Source: Neoconidiobolus thromboides FSU 785
Taxonomy: Eukaryota; Fungi; Entomophthoromycota
Length of the DNA: 64,000 nt
Assembly: GCA_025603075.1 (NCBI GenBank)
Contig: MU626359.1
Coordinates: forward strand, 13,842 to 77,841
Direction: 5' to 3'
This document shows, in pieces, positions 48,636 through 61,559 of this stretch. The stretch's first letter is position 1. Every line of letters begins with the position of its first letter. The position numbers and the translations under genes were made by a program. Below the pieces are notes generated by a model that was not told the DNA's origin, searched no databases, and saw nothing but the letters and a program-made list of their open reading frames with translations.

Positions 48636-48859
48636 TGCTATAATATTGAGTTTAAATTACTATAAAATCTTATCTGTTTATGTTTTTCGACTTAATTCAT
48701 TATAATTTTAACTACTTGAATTATAAAATTTTTTATCAAAACATACTTTTTGTTTAGTTATATTATATTGGACGATTGTATTTATCAAATTTAGACTTAA
48801 ATAAAAAAGATGTACTCATAGAACATACTCAAGTAGATAAAATACCTTTTGTCAGAAGT

Positions 48860-48963
48860 ATATGGGAATGTATTTTTTATTTAAGAATTCTACCAACAAC
48901 CTTTCCACTCAAATTAGCGCTTAAAAATGGAAAAGTAATGGAATAAAGAAAACATCGCCATAT
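48860..48963 (+). mobile_element. MITE-like element inserted in a family A promoter
   Basis: gaagt-ATAT-[96 bp]-ATAT-ccttgtagtt, versus the empty site gaagt-ggat-tccctcagtt at ~47225. Confidence 0.9.
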
Positions 48964-49119
48964 CCTTGTAGTTTGAACAAATAAAGCTAAACTAAAACTA
49001 AATCCATGGAATTGATTTGAGTTCATATTTCGTTTTCCTTCCACGGAGTAATTATGTATTAATAAGCCATATTTTTAAAGACATGTAAGATAAAAATTAT
49101 TGAACTTTATTAAATAAAA

Positions 49120-49450
49120 ATGAAATGTATTACTATTACTTTTACTAGTATAGCGTCTCCTTTTAACTACCTTGGTTTAAGGGCTATTGGTGATTTTAAA
49201 GGATTATTACATATTCACGAGAGCTAGTCAACTGCTGATGATTATCAATTTGGGTAAAAAATGTCTCAAGCCAAGCTAAAGATAAAGAGAATTTTATTAA
49301 GATTATTAAATATTGTGACAACTTATTCTATGATCTTTTGTATGATGGTAAATATTCAAGCAAGGAACTTAATAGTGGATGGAGGCTGGTTTCCAGTAGA
49401 TTCAAGGAAGCATTAGACGAACTTACTCCTAATTAAAAAAATAATAGTGT
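49120..49450 (+). pseudogene. Small secreted protein family A pseudogene (close relative of 47408)
   Basis: MKCITITF...LGLRAIGDFKGLLHIHES*STADDYQFG*KMSQ...YCDNLFYDLLYDGKYSSKELNS; deletions and stops. Confidence 0.9.
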
Positions 49451-49588
49451 TGTTTTTTGAAAATGTAACTGCAGGTTTAATGGGATTTCCATGATAGTTT
49501 AAAGTAGTATCATTACGATAAAAATTTATTTAAATTATATCGCTAATTTTTGTATATCAATTTTATTTGAAATATTATAGCATAGTAA

Positions 49589-49696
49589 AATGTGAAGATG
49601 TATTTTTGTGTTTAAGAATTTTACTAACAAATTTTCCACTTAAATAGCGCTTGAAAAATGAAAACAATAATGAAACTAAAAAAAACACTCCCATGT
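49589..49696 (+). mobile_element. MITE-like element
   Basis: Family core. Confidence 0.85.
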
Positions 49697-49712
49697 AATA
49701 CTTAATTAAAGC

Positions 49713-49820
49713 ATATGAGGGTGTATTTTTGTGTTTTTGAATTTTACTAATAATTTTTCCGCTCCAAATAGCGTTTAAAAGATGGAAAAAAAGTGATGAA
49801 GCTAAAAAACACCCCCATAT
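49713..49820 (+). mobile_element. MITE-like element
   Basis: ATAT-GAGGGTGT...ACACCCCC-ATAT; a solo end fragment follows at ~49883-49906. Confidence 0.88.
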
Positions 49821-50287
49821 GTAAATACATTTTTGAGTTTAAGAGCTCTACATAAGGTACATTTAATACCATTTAAATTGACAAAAAAAACAAAGACATC
49901 CCCATATGTTTGTAGGAGAAATTAAACGGTTTTGTTAATTTTTATTTGAAATTTAAAATCAAAAAATGTAAAAAATAGAATCTTGAGCTCAGATTAAACT
50001 ATTTAAAAATAAGATAGAATTAAAACTACTCCTCTACAAATAAGTTAGCAATATATTAATTACAAACTTAAGATTTGATTTGGTAAAACATCTGCTTTAT
50101 TAACTAAACACTATTGGTTTGTTTATGACAATAAAAGTATAAAAGAGATAATAATAATAACCCCAACTTCCACAAAAGTATCAAATAATACAAAATTGTA
50201 ACCCAAACTATAACAAAGACATAATACATCTTGATTATTTATTTAAATTTCTTTTTACAAAAATAATTTAATAAAAAGTACTTTTAC

Positions 50288-52153
50288 CTAACCTCTTTTC
50301 AAAGCCTCATTTTCAACTTTGAGCCTGTGGATTTCCTGTAAAAGTTTAGGTATTCGTTGGTTCTCTTCAATCAACCCTTGAAGTTGTTCCTAACCAATTA
50401 ATAACTAAATAATAAATTAAAAACACATTTTGTTTACCTTTAGTTGGCTCATCTGTTTTAAATAACTTAAATGTAACTCTTTAATATCTTGTTTTAATTC
50501 CATTTTTAACTCCAGCATCATCTCTTCAACTTCATTTCGAAATAATTCTACACCCGCCTGTTTACTTCCTTTATCCTCCACCTCTTCTTTATCATCACTT
50601 TGGGACATAATAGGTACCTTTATCTCTTCGATCGCCGGCTCTTTGTTTATGCGAGGGGTTATATAAGTGGCACTTGTTTTTCTTATTGGTGAAAAAATCC
50701 CATTAAACTCACTATTGATAATAGATGGTGAATACATCTTTGATATTGAAGGAGAATCAAAGGTTAAATTTGAAGGTGATGATGGGTCAAAATTACTTCT
50801 ACTTCTTTCACTTATTAAGGACATTGGCCTTCCTTTTGTTAGTAAATCTTTTTGGTTGGAATAGCTTATGGTCATTGATCGTCGATTATTACTACTCTTT
50901 TTCTTTTCTGGTCCTACTTCATCATCTAAATTTATCTTCTGATTGAGGTATAAGATAAATTTTATTGGTACTCCTTCAGCTAGATGATCAAAATCACTCT
51001 GCCATGTTGGCACATTAATATCTTTTAAATCGTACATAATAAGGTGGCCTAGTAAATCAATAAAATATTAAATACTATTTATGTTTGATTAATTAATTAA
51101 TCTATTACCATTTTCTGTACCCAGCATTAAGCAATTATCAGCAGGGCTAAAAGCAATACAGGTATAGTGCTCTTTGGTTTCATATACTTTAACTATTCTA
51201 ATCAAACTTAGTACCATTATTTTAAAACAAACTTAACTTTACTTCATTTTGACCGCATCATAAATCGCAATCCTACCATCCAGTCCAGTGGAAGCAAGCA
51301 AATATTTGTTAAATTTAGAAAATGTAAAAAACACTTTATCTGTTTTATGTTCATTAAATAAAAAGTATTCCCTATCACGAAAATGATATACCAAAATTTT
51401 GCCATCCTCTAGCAGTAGAGCTGAGCAATCAGAAGCAAATTTAGAGCTGAGGATTTCTTTGACTGGAGAATCTAATTCCAAATACTGTCTTTGTGACTTA
51501 TTAAGTTTATCCCCTCGAACCTTGTTATCCTTATAACTTTGAAAATAAATATTTTCATCTAAATTGATATCTATAGCACTCATCTCAGTCTCAATCGGGT
51601 ACCTACTACCCACAACAATTTTATTACTTTTTGTATGAACCTGATATAGTTGGGTATGGTGTTTCACTCCTAATAAGGCGGTTTGACCTAAATTGATAAA
51701 CTTACACATCACGATCTCGGTTTCCTTTATCTAATTAAAATATAAGTTAACTAAGTTTTAACTTAATCAATTTTGCTAAAGTAAAAAAGTAATTACTTTA
51801 TCTTCTTCTTTAAACACCTGTTTTAAGTCCCATTTTTTGAATCCAGTCAAAACGTTTAAATCTTTTTTCAAGTCTAAATGAATGCAACCGAAGACCTCTA
51901 ATTCTTCCCTCAAATTTTTCAAAAAACTTTCCAATTCGTTGAAGTTAAAACACCATGTACAAAACATGGTGTTTTTGCTTAAGATATATAACTGGTCATT
52001 GAAAGGAGATAATTCTAGTTTGTTTATCTCAAAAGGTAACTCTATATTTAATACCGCTTCAAAAATATCAAATTGCGTGGAATAAAACCCTACATTGTTG
52101 CCCTGTGCATAGATCCAATATTTCATCTCTATCCCTACTGGCTTTCTTTTCAT
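50288..52153 (-). CDS. WD40 protein resembling NEDD1/GCP-WD (gamma-tubulin ring complex adaptor), multi-exon
   Basis: WD blades LLASTGLDGRIAIYD, CIAFSP..LMLGTENG and MYDLK; S/P-rich linker; C-terminal helices LKQDIKELHLSYLKQM and EIHRLKVENEALK parallel the NEDD1 C-terminus. Confidence 0.65.
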
Positions 52154-52689
52154 TAAAAAACGCTTATTTGACTTTTTAGAATTTTAATTTATTTTGTTGA
52201 GGTTTGGTTGCATAAATTGAAGGGTTGCGTAGACCATGATGTTTAATCTAGACTACACTTTTGTACAAAATTAAATAATTTAATAAAGTAAGGTGATTTT
52301 TATCATATGTTAAACTTTACTAGCCAATATCTATATCAATATATACACGTTGTATGTTTGAACACTTATTCTTATTCATAAGAGGTTAATTTCTATCCCA
52401 AATAATTATCTTTGTAAAATAATCACTTGAAATTAAACTATTTTTGTACTTAATATTATTGATCCCTGAAAAATGTAGACATTTAAAAATTCAAAAGTCA
52501 AGTATTTGACATAGTATAGATCTATGGTTTTAGTACAAATTTGATGATGATATGATTGTTAAAAGTGGACTTAAAAACTCAAATTTTAATTAAAGTACAA
52601 AGTAATGCTTACTACTTATTCTCCGTTTTCAATTTTTAAGCCATTCTTTTAAAAATCAAACAAACATTTGTAAAATAGAATCTTTGAAT

Positions 52690-53250
52690 ATTGATCATTC
52701 CTATGATTATTTTTTCCACGAACAAATGCATCTCAACTCAGTAAGTTCATATCTACATGTAGCCAGTAGAAATCCTTTTCCAACTAAAAATCCAACTGAT
52801 ATTGTTAATTTAGTAAAGAGGACTTCATCATTTGGAATAACAAATAATAAGGTAGTATTTAAATAACATTTATTATTGGGACCTAATAAATAAGTGCAGA
52901 ACATAGCTTCCCTATAAATCCCAGATCTAGTTTCTAATTTCTCTTCTAGTTCTTTGCCTATAAACTTATTTCCAAAATCTGTCAATAAAGGCAAAATAGT
53001 TTCGGAAGTATGCCAAAGTTTTGCAGTTTTTGCTTTTATACCCATTGATCTTCCGTTCATAATTCAACGCTACTTTTCTATCTTGATCATTTTTGAATCC
53101 AATTCCAAGTTGAAGCTATCATTTTCTTTAATTATTAGATTATGTTTAAGTTCTCCAGTCACATGCCTTACATAATCATTTATATCACCTATCTTGGGCT
53201 TCCTATCTTCTATTTTATGTGATGAAAAATCGACACTTAGAAAATCTACT
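52690..53250 (-). pseudogene. Unknown family B, degraded copy 1
   Basis: KLWHT..KELEEKLETRSGIYR..LLGP..YLNTTLLF..NDEVLFTKL aligns with the 61.9-62.35 kb copy; frameshifts upstream. Confidence 0.6.
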
Positions 53251-53598
53251 AATACATTATAATAAAGTGAAGTTCTATAAACTCCAAAGTATATAAAGCC
53301 CTGGTGTTTGATGTAGGTTCGGAAAAATCTTAGTTATTGCTACTAGATACCATATATGATTTAGTTTTTTAATGTTTGATACCGCTTTTACAGCTTTATT
53401 TATAGCACCCAAAGCACTGCATTTATGAAATATTAAAATAAATGTACTAGGTCTAAAATATTAGTTGAAAAGTGTTTTAGTAATTTAAAGATTCAACTTG
53501 AGTTATAAGTTTATTGCTTTATTTAGCCATCTTATTAAAATATTTATTCAGCTTATAGTATTATTTATATAGCTTATTGTATTATCTGTTTAGTTTAT

Positions 53599-53706
53599 TA
53601 TATGTATATGTATTTTTGTGTTTAAGAGTTTTACTAATAATTTTTTCACTTAAATGGTGCTTAAAAGATAGAAAAAATAATGAAGCCAAAAAAAACAGCC
53701 CCATAT
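53599..53706 (+). mobile_element. MITE-like element
   Basis: Family core, ends acagcccc-ATAT. Confidence 0.87.
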
Positions 53707-53914
53707 AGTATTATAAAAATTGACTCAAATTTTTACTGTTTGTTCTATAAACCCTAATCTCCTATTATCAATAATAGCAAAAATTTTAAATGCACCCAAT
53801 ACACTATATCACTAATGTATCTTTATAAATAAAGCAATATATCAAGCTCGCCTTCGCAAATTTAATTACATAGGTTAGATATTAGATATTGAATTTTTAT
53901 GAGGTTTTGTAGAT

Positions 53915-54017
53915 AAAGCGCAAATTTTTTTTCGGTTTCATCATTTTTTCCATTTTTTAAGCGCTATTTGAGCAGAAAGATCGTTAGTAAAATTCTCAAG
54001 CAAAATACATCCTCATG
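53915..54017 (-). mobile_element. MITE-like element
   Basis: Reverse copy, partner of 53599. Confidence 0.82.
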
Positions 54018-54887
54018 GTTTCTTTTATTAGATTTTAGATTTAAGCTATTGATTTATAAATCTCAACTTTTTAGTTGCTTTTCAGGTCCGTTTTGTGCGC
54101 TAGCTTAATAATAGTATCCCTTAGTCTGCATATGATTTATTGACTCCTATATTACTTATTAAGTTTACTGTATTACAGTTCAAAATAACACTCTTACTTT
54201 GTTATTCTTACACAAAGCTCCTCTTTTTATTACTAAAATAAAAATAGTATTTCAAACAAAAGGCAAATTATGGGATCGTCACTAAACATATCTAAATAGA
54301 TTAAGGTATTAAGTTCATCTTGCAATCATTTTATATTAAAGTGAGCATTTAAGCATCTAACTTTAATGTAAAATAACGTGAATAAAATGTGAATGTCTTT
54401 TCATTTCAGTAATATCTTATCCACTTTTTACGTAGCTTAAATATAAAATTAACTAAATTGGAAAAAATGCCATCAAATTTCACAAAAAAATAAAACTTTG
54501 TAGCATTCATTAGCAGTATTATAAAAATGATAAGAGATTAAATCTGTGAATATCTACATGTCATTTTTCCTATAATTTATAATGAATTTATAATATTGTC
54601 ATATCTATTAAACTCAAGAAAGATAAATCATAATTATCCTATACTTGATAAGAATAATAAACGTCAACTCACAAAAAACAATTAAAAATGAGTCATTTTT
54701 AAAAATTAAATATCAGCAACAAAACATCTCTAAATTGATAAAGTTCCACCTGACATCAATTAGATAGTACGATTAAATTCTTCTTGATTGGTTCCTAATT
54801 AAAAAACAGGTATTAAAATTCGAAGTTTGAAATTTTAAATTAATAATATAAACTAATAGCAATTTCAAATTAAAACAATATTAAAAT

Positions 54888-56264
54888 ATGATCAACTCAT
54901 TAGGTGCTAGTATCGATGGTAAAAACCAATTTGAACAATCAGATGCAAGAGATATTGTATTGCCAAACCACAGGTCAAATTCTCACTATATTGCGGTAGA
55001 TGTAAGTATTTTAAAATAAAAGGCAATAAACCTACATATAGTAATAATTCAATCTCAGATAGGGGGCACATTAGCAAAGATAGTATACTACTTACCAGTA
55101 GAAGGTAAAGGTGGTTTAGGCGGGCGTTTAAACTTTGCCAAGTTTCAAACGGATGACGAGGAACAGTGGCTAAGTTTTATAAAACAACTTTTAGTGAGTT
55201 GTCCATCAAATAACGAAATAGCGCTAAGTGCCACTGGAGGTGGAGCACACCTTTATTTTGATAAGTTAAATGAAATAATAACACCGAAATCATTCTTGCA
55301 ATTGGACGAGATGGATTGTTTAATTAACGGGATCGATTATTTTATTAACGAGATACCAAATGAGGTGTTTATTTATAACCCAGAGTTTGATAACGCTATG
55401 GAATTTGTGCCCAAAGAGGATATTTCATACCCTTATATGGTAAGTTTTTTGATACTTATTTTGATTATGCACTTTTTATTTCTTTATAAGCTTTTAGTAG
55501 ACTGTTATTAACATCTTTATTGTTAGTTGGTCAATATTGGATCTGGAGTATCCATAATCTTAGTTACAGCACCTAATGAATATAAAAGAGTCAGTGGTAC
55601 TTCCTTAGGTGGAGGTACCTTTTGGGGTTTGGTTACTTTACTTACAGGAGTAAGATCTTTTGATGGTAAACTAAATTTCAATGCTAATTATTTACTCGGA
55701 ATTAACTTTTTATTTTAAAGAAATGTTAGAATTATCAAAAAAAGGTACAAATAGTAATGTAGATATGTTGGTTGGAGATATTTATGGTAAACAATATACC
55801 AAGATTGGTTTGAAAGCTTCAGCTATTGCTTCTTCAATGGGTAAAGTATACCGTAAAAATTTATTAGATAGCGAAGCTAAACTTACCAATCCACCTACGT
55901 TTAAAGAAGAAGATATCATTGTATCGCTGTTATATATGGTTAGGTAATTTTCATAATTGTAAATATATACTTTTATTCAATTATTTATAATTAGTAATAA
56001 TATTGGGCAAATTGCTTACTTAAATGCCCTAGAGCATAAAGTCAATCATATTTATTTTGGTGGCTATTTTATAAGAGGTAATGCTTAATATCACTAATAG
56101 TTTGAAGGTCATTAATTGTTCAAGGTCATGACGTTACAATGAACTCATTGAAATATGCAATCCAATTTTGGTCTAAAGGAAATATGACAGCTAGATTTTT
56201 AAGGCACGAAGGATATTTAGGTGCTATGGGTTGCCTATTGAAATTGCAAGATGAACAACCATAA
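54888..56264 (+). CDS. CAB1: Type II pantothenate kinase (Cab1/PANK), multi-exon
   Basis: IAVD|[57 protein letters not shown]. Confidence 0.96.
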
Positions 56265-56373
56265 AGAGATGAAGAAAAATAAAGAAACGTAAATACAAAT
56301 GATAAAAAATTAAAACAAATATCGAATTTTAGTTACAATATATACTTTATTTTACAACTTATTTAAACTTTAC

Positions 56374-59300
56374 TTATTTGTCTTTAAAATTCCATTGCAT
56401 TTGTTTTAATCGAATACTAAGCTGTGATTCAACAAACTGAAGTCCTTCTTTATCCCCATGGGCACGAATAAGTCTCAAAATAACGTCTGGAAGATAAGAT
56501 TCTACCATTTTACCCTTTGATGATGAATCAAACCCCTTATTTAATATAGCAGGTTCTCTTTTGGGTAACAACATGGAGTCACTCTTAACTTTACGCTCTG
56601 CCTTACGTTTATAAGTACTCATATACTCTTGAATCAAATTAGCAGTGCTGTAGAAATACATCTTCTGTATTTCTAAAAGCACGTGATATTCCGAATTTTC
56701 CAAGAGCCTAATGGGTAACCCATCTCCATCTTCTCCTCCATGAAAGTATATTTTTAATAACTAGATGATAAGATTAAATGAATTATAAAAATCAAATGAA
56801 ACTCACTTCAACTGCCATCATACAAAACTCGAATTCAGTCTTAGTAAGTGGCTTAGGCACTTGTTTATGGACCGAAAAGGAAGGTACAGTACAAGCTTCA
56901 ATACTGAGTAAGCATTCTTTCCAAATAGAATTAATAAATTTATGGCCTAAGGGTGGATATAGATATGTATAAGGTAAGTTCAATTTGATATCCAAATAGT
57001 TACAAAGATTCCATAACGCTTGATCACACTCTTCTTCTGTAAATTCCTGACCCTGTGCGCTTGCTTTTTTATTCAAAAATTTACCAAGCACGCTTTGCTT
57101 TCTTTTATTTAATTCTTTTAGTAAACTTTTACGTGAGAGATTAACTTTAATCTCTTCAGACAACTAATAAAATGTTAGATGTTAAATGTTAAGTTAGTAA
57201 ATAGAATATCGATGTACCTTTTCTAAAATCAGATGCAAAAGGTCGCGTTCTTTCATTTCAAGTAACTTTAATGCTTTAGAAACATAATATTGTGGATCAT
57301 CCTTTTCATCTGCTGTAGAGATGCTTAATAAGATTCTACCTTGAGGTTGTAATTCAACCCAAATATCTTTATCTTCCGTTGACCAATCACCTTCTGGGTC
57401 TAAATTAAGATATCCTTCCCCACACAAATCATCTTTGATATAATCTTTATCAAACACTTCCACTTTGAGTTTCTCTGCTTTGTGTAAAGAAATACCACAC
57501 GTCTCATTCCAACGTGGTAAAGCAGAATCCCATTGAATAGAAGTTGTAAATATTTTTTCATCATTTAATTTTAATATGGTGTAAGCATCGTTGTCTTTGC
57601 CAATATCACACTCTTTTAAAAATTCCGCCATCACAATATTAATATAAAACATAGTTACTTTTTCCTCACCATTTTCCTGTTGTTTTTGATATTCAGCTAG
57701 CACTTTGGAATATCTCGCATAATCTAAATTAGAAAACAGTTCCTGGATCCTCTTTCTTAGTTGATAAAGATTGTTGATTTTTATACACATTTCTTTTTTA
57801 AATTCTCTTTGATCTTGAATTCCTTTTTGTGTTTTTGCTAGTAAATTCCATTGGCTACCCTTTTCGTGTTCATTTGAAAAATTTTCTTCCATTTCTTTAT
57901 TAAAAAGGGTTTCCATTTCATGAGCATATAAATTCACACCTTCATAGATTACTTTAGCTACTTTGGCCATCAATCTAGATTCTAATAAATCATTAGGCCA
58001 AATCAATTTATGTACAAAATCGAGTTGCTCTCTAAAACATTGTAATAAATCATCAACGGAACTAGAATGTAATGCCATTTCCGATGTTTCTTTGAACTGA
58101 TCATATTTAATTGCTAATTCCACCCAACCGTTTGCTTTATCATCTAGAGCATTAAGCCATTTGTTAAACTGTCTATTAAACCATTGCACTAAATTCAAGT
58201 TAATTTTAAAATCAGGATGTATGGCTTTAACCATATCATACAACTTTAATACTGTATTATAAAAATCAAATGCATCTTCTACGGGAATGAGTTCACTCTC
58301 TTTACTATTATTCATATTCTCTACTTGTAATGTAAAGAATTTTAATTCTTGATCAATCAATATCTTAGACACATCAATTTGATTTAAAAATGGATGTTCA
58401 AATATTTTAATTGACTTATTAATATCTCTCATAATAAGTTTGGCCATCAATCTCAAATTTTGAGCTTCACTCTCTCCTGCTTCAGGCGCTGCAAACTCAT
58501 TTAATGTTTCATATCTCTGTGCTAAAATAGTTTGGATAGTATTATTCATTTCCTGAATGGCATTTTCTTTATCAAACCCAAACTCATTAAACAAATCCCC
58601 AAGTAAATTCTGCTCAATATGTTCGATCAGAAACTTGGCATTATCTAAAGGAAATTTGTCTAAATTCATTAAACCTTGCATCAGCTCATCGCACAACTTT
58701 TGATTTAAAAAAGATTCAATTTGGAAATAGTATACTCTCTCAGTTACTGGCCAATTGGTGATGGGAGTCTGATTAAAACTTTTATCTAGTTGACTTAAAG
58801 CATCAATAAGATAATCCAAGCCTAACATACCTTGAGTATAAAAATTGACTATTGCTTCAAGATAACTTAGATGTTTATGTACACTTGTAATTCTCCATCT
58901 GATAGAACATTCCTTTAATATTGTTTGTGTCTTATCAAGTAAAGCGTATGGGTTGTTTGATTTTAACTTTTCTTTATTCTTTATAAAATCATTTTTTATA
59001 CATAAGTATACTAATAATCGATAGGCTTCCCTTGGTTCCTTTGGTATATAAATAAAATTTCTTTCTTGATGATCATTTACGCTCATTCCTGCCATTTCTT
59101 GGCCACTGGCTAATAAGCCTGGATTGCTCATGCTTATACCTACTATTAATTGGTTCAAGGTACTACGTTCTTGTGTTTTGAATAATTGATAAGCATTTGG
59201 AGTTGGATACTCATCATTCTTTAAATAAGGTAGTAACATCAATTCTAAGTGAGTTAAACATTTTTTCAAATCTTGTAAAGCAGACTAGATAAAAAATTAG

Positions 59301-60045
59301 ATTATATGATGTAACAATTAAAACAACTTACTAATTCATTACAATGTGGTTTATATGCTTTTAATAACTTATCATGTTCGCCATAAGACATACTAAATAA
59401 GGTAGGCAAAAGGTTCAAAGCCCCATGATCTGAAGAGCTCAAATTTGCTGCACTCTCTTTACTTGGTTGTATACATTGATTTATCCTTTGTAAAGTATTT
59501 GCATAGCCTGGATGAGAGTTAAACTCCAAGTTAAGGATCTGTCTTAGTAAACTAGCGAACAATGTGATGTGCTCATTTGTGATTGCTTTTATTTCTTGAT
59601 GCGATAAATTTTTAGTTTCTGTTGACACCGGGTTACTGTACTTTGTAAATATCATAATTAAAGCTTCAATATTGCCAATCTTTTGTGTCACTTCTCTAGT
59701 GGAAACACCGGCTAAAAAATTATGGAAACTTTTTAAACAGATAATAAAGTTTTTATTGTTTTTAATTGATTGAAAGTTGTTGATCAGGGATGACTTTTTA
59801 ATATCCCCTATATGTTTTTTTAACGACTTGACTAGCTGCTCTAATAGTTTTTCATTTTGCTTTGGGTTCGCTTGACTGTTTTGATTACTATCTCCGGCAC
59901 CATCTTTATTATTTAATTGGTTTAGTCGCTCAGTTAAACACTCTGTAAGGATAACACAGCGTAACACAAAGGGATATAATTCATTTTCGTCAACCGAAAA
60001 ATCCATAAAGCTTCGGTTGGTGCCATTATTTACTTCTACTCCCAT
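56374..60045 (-). CDS. MUN (Munc13 homology)/C2-domain protein (YOR296W/Ync13-like), multi-exon
   Basis: Large helical ORFs; HSSSVDDL MHD motif; C2 segment DAYTIL..PRWNE..VEVFDKD..DDLCG. Confidence 0.78.
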
Positions 60046-60207
60046 TTCTTATAAAATTAGCTAAAAATGATAAGCTTGAATTTATGTTTTTTGTTAGAGT
60101 TCTGAATGTTCTTGCCCAATAAAATGCATGTAGTGATTTCTCCATTTTGTTCCAGCTAATAAATTAAAAACAAAATTTTATAATAGTTTAGATTAAATAT
60201 CTTTATT

Positions 60208-60567
60208 TTAATTTTTCAAAAACTCATCAATATCCTCAAGGAACTCTGCATCTTCTTTTTCATCTTCCATCTTTGTTTTGTCGTCTACCACATCTTTATT
60301 TTGATAAGGTTTCTTTTGATAAGGTCTTTTTTGATAAGGTTTCTTTCTTTGATATGGATTCTTTTGATACGGTCTCTTATTATATCTATTTCCAGATGAG
60401 TAGCCCATCGTAGGGTAGGGATTTTCACATGTTCCAGGAACTGTAATTGTGACTTTTTCTGTAGCGACCACCACTTCGGAAGTCACTGTTTCCGTTTCAC
60501 ATTTATCATTGGCATAAAGAAATGGCACGTTAACTAAAGCTATAAGGATAATTTCGTATAATCTCAT
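60208..60567 (-). CDS. Small secreted protein with a (K/R)xPYQ repeat block and acidic tail
   Basis: Signal peptide from the ATG at 60567 (MRLYEIILIALVNVPFLYA); two Cys; five PYQ units; D/E-rich C-terminus. Confidence 0.75.
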   Translation of the reverse strand: MRLYEIILIALVNVPFLYANDKCETETVTSEVVVATEKVTITVPGTCENPYPTMGYSSGNRYNKRPYQKNPYQRKKPYQKRPYQKKPYQNKDVVDDKTKMEDEKEDAEFLEDIDEFLKN

Positions 60568-61413
60568 TAAACTAATACAAATCAAATAACAAGTTAAAAA
60601 ATACAACTTTTTGTTATATATCATGTACTATAACCATGATAAACAAAATTAATAGGATTATCAGTATGAGTTTAGTTATTAAGTTTTTTAGGGTGATTAT
60701 CGTTTAATTTTAGCGATCTTCTAAGGTTGAGTTTGAGCTCACTTCAAAAGTTAATTCTCTTTTATTGGCTGGGAGTTGCAAAATTCGTAGTGACTGTTAT
60801 TTGAAGGTTAAAGTGATGATTTCAGTGAAGTAAAATTTAGTAACAATTTTCGAAAGCGAATGTAATGTAAATTTGTAAAAAATACATTTCTTAAGTTTTA
60901 AAAAAAAGAAATTAAATTTGAATAATATTTAAAGTATAAAATAGTATTTTTATTACAATATGTACCTTTTCAATGTTTTTATTAAAAAATAATAGCGCTT
61001 TGTATTTAAAATATGAAAAAATCGATATAAACTTATTAAAATATTCACTTTTAAATTAAATTAGGCTTTTTGACAGAAGCATATTGGAAAAAGGTGTATT
61101 TTAATTTAAAAATAAATAAAACGTGCCATAAAATAGCTTATCTTATTAAACATACTTTATATATAAAGGGATGGTTGTTATATTTTTTAACAAACTTAAT
61201 ACTTGTATTGCTTTTTCTAATTTTAAAATAATTTAAATGCATTCATGAAATCCTTTGAAGAAGTATGACTACGATTTAAGAGAAATAACTGATGATGTGG
61301 TTTCTTTTAAGCCATAAAAATATTAAAAACACTATTAGAATATATAACTTTTATATTTGTATAAAAAAATTAATACTTTTCAAAAGCTAAAGTAAATTAT
61401 TCAGTGTATGCTT

Positions 61414-61510
61414 CATATGAGGATATATTTTTTAAGAATTTTATTAACAGTTTTTCTAAAATAGTGCTTAAGAAAATGGAAAGTGATAAAACCAAAAAAC
61501 ACCCCCATAT
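61414..61510 (+). mobile_element. MITE-like element
   Basis: ATAT-GAGGAT...ACACCCCC-ATAT. Confidence 0.85.
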
Positions 61511-61559
61511 GCTATTTTATACACACTATAAGTACAGTTGAAAGCAATATTAAACGCCA

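Noticed and set aside
42620-49257. Possible TAA/TAG-to-Gln genetic code reassignment suggested by stops at Gln positions
   Set aside because: Conserved genes here end at TAA/TAG (PAB1, CAB1, SPRY genes), and the same copies also carry frameshifts, deletions or lost start codons.
28060-54830. TTCGAA/TCGAT-like words upstream of several housekeeping genes (SCC2, NTH1, the DUF4097-like gene, CAB1)
   Set aside because: Too short and variable to separate from chance without a genome-wide enrichment test.
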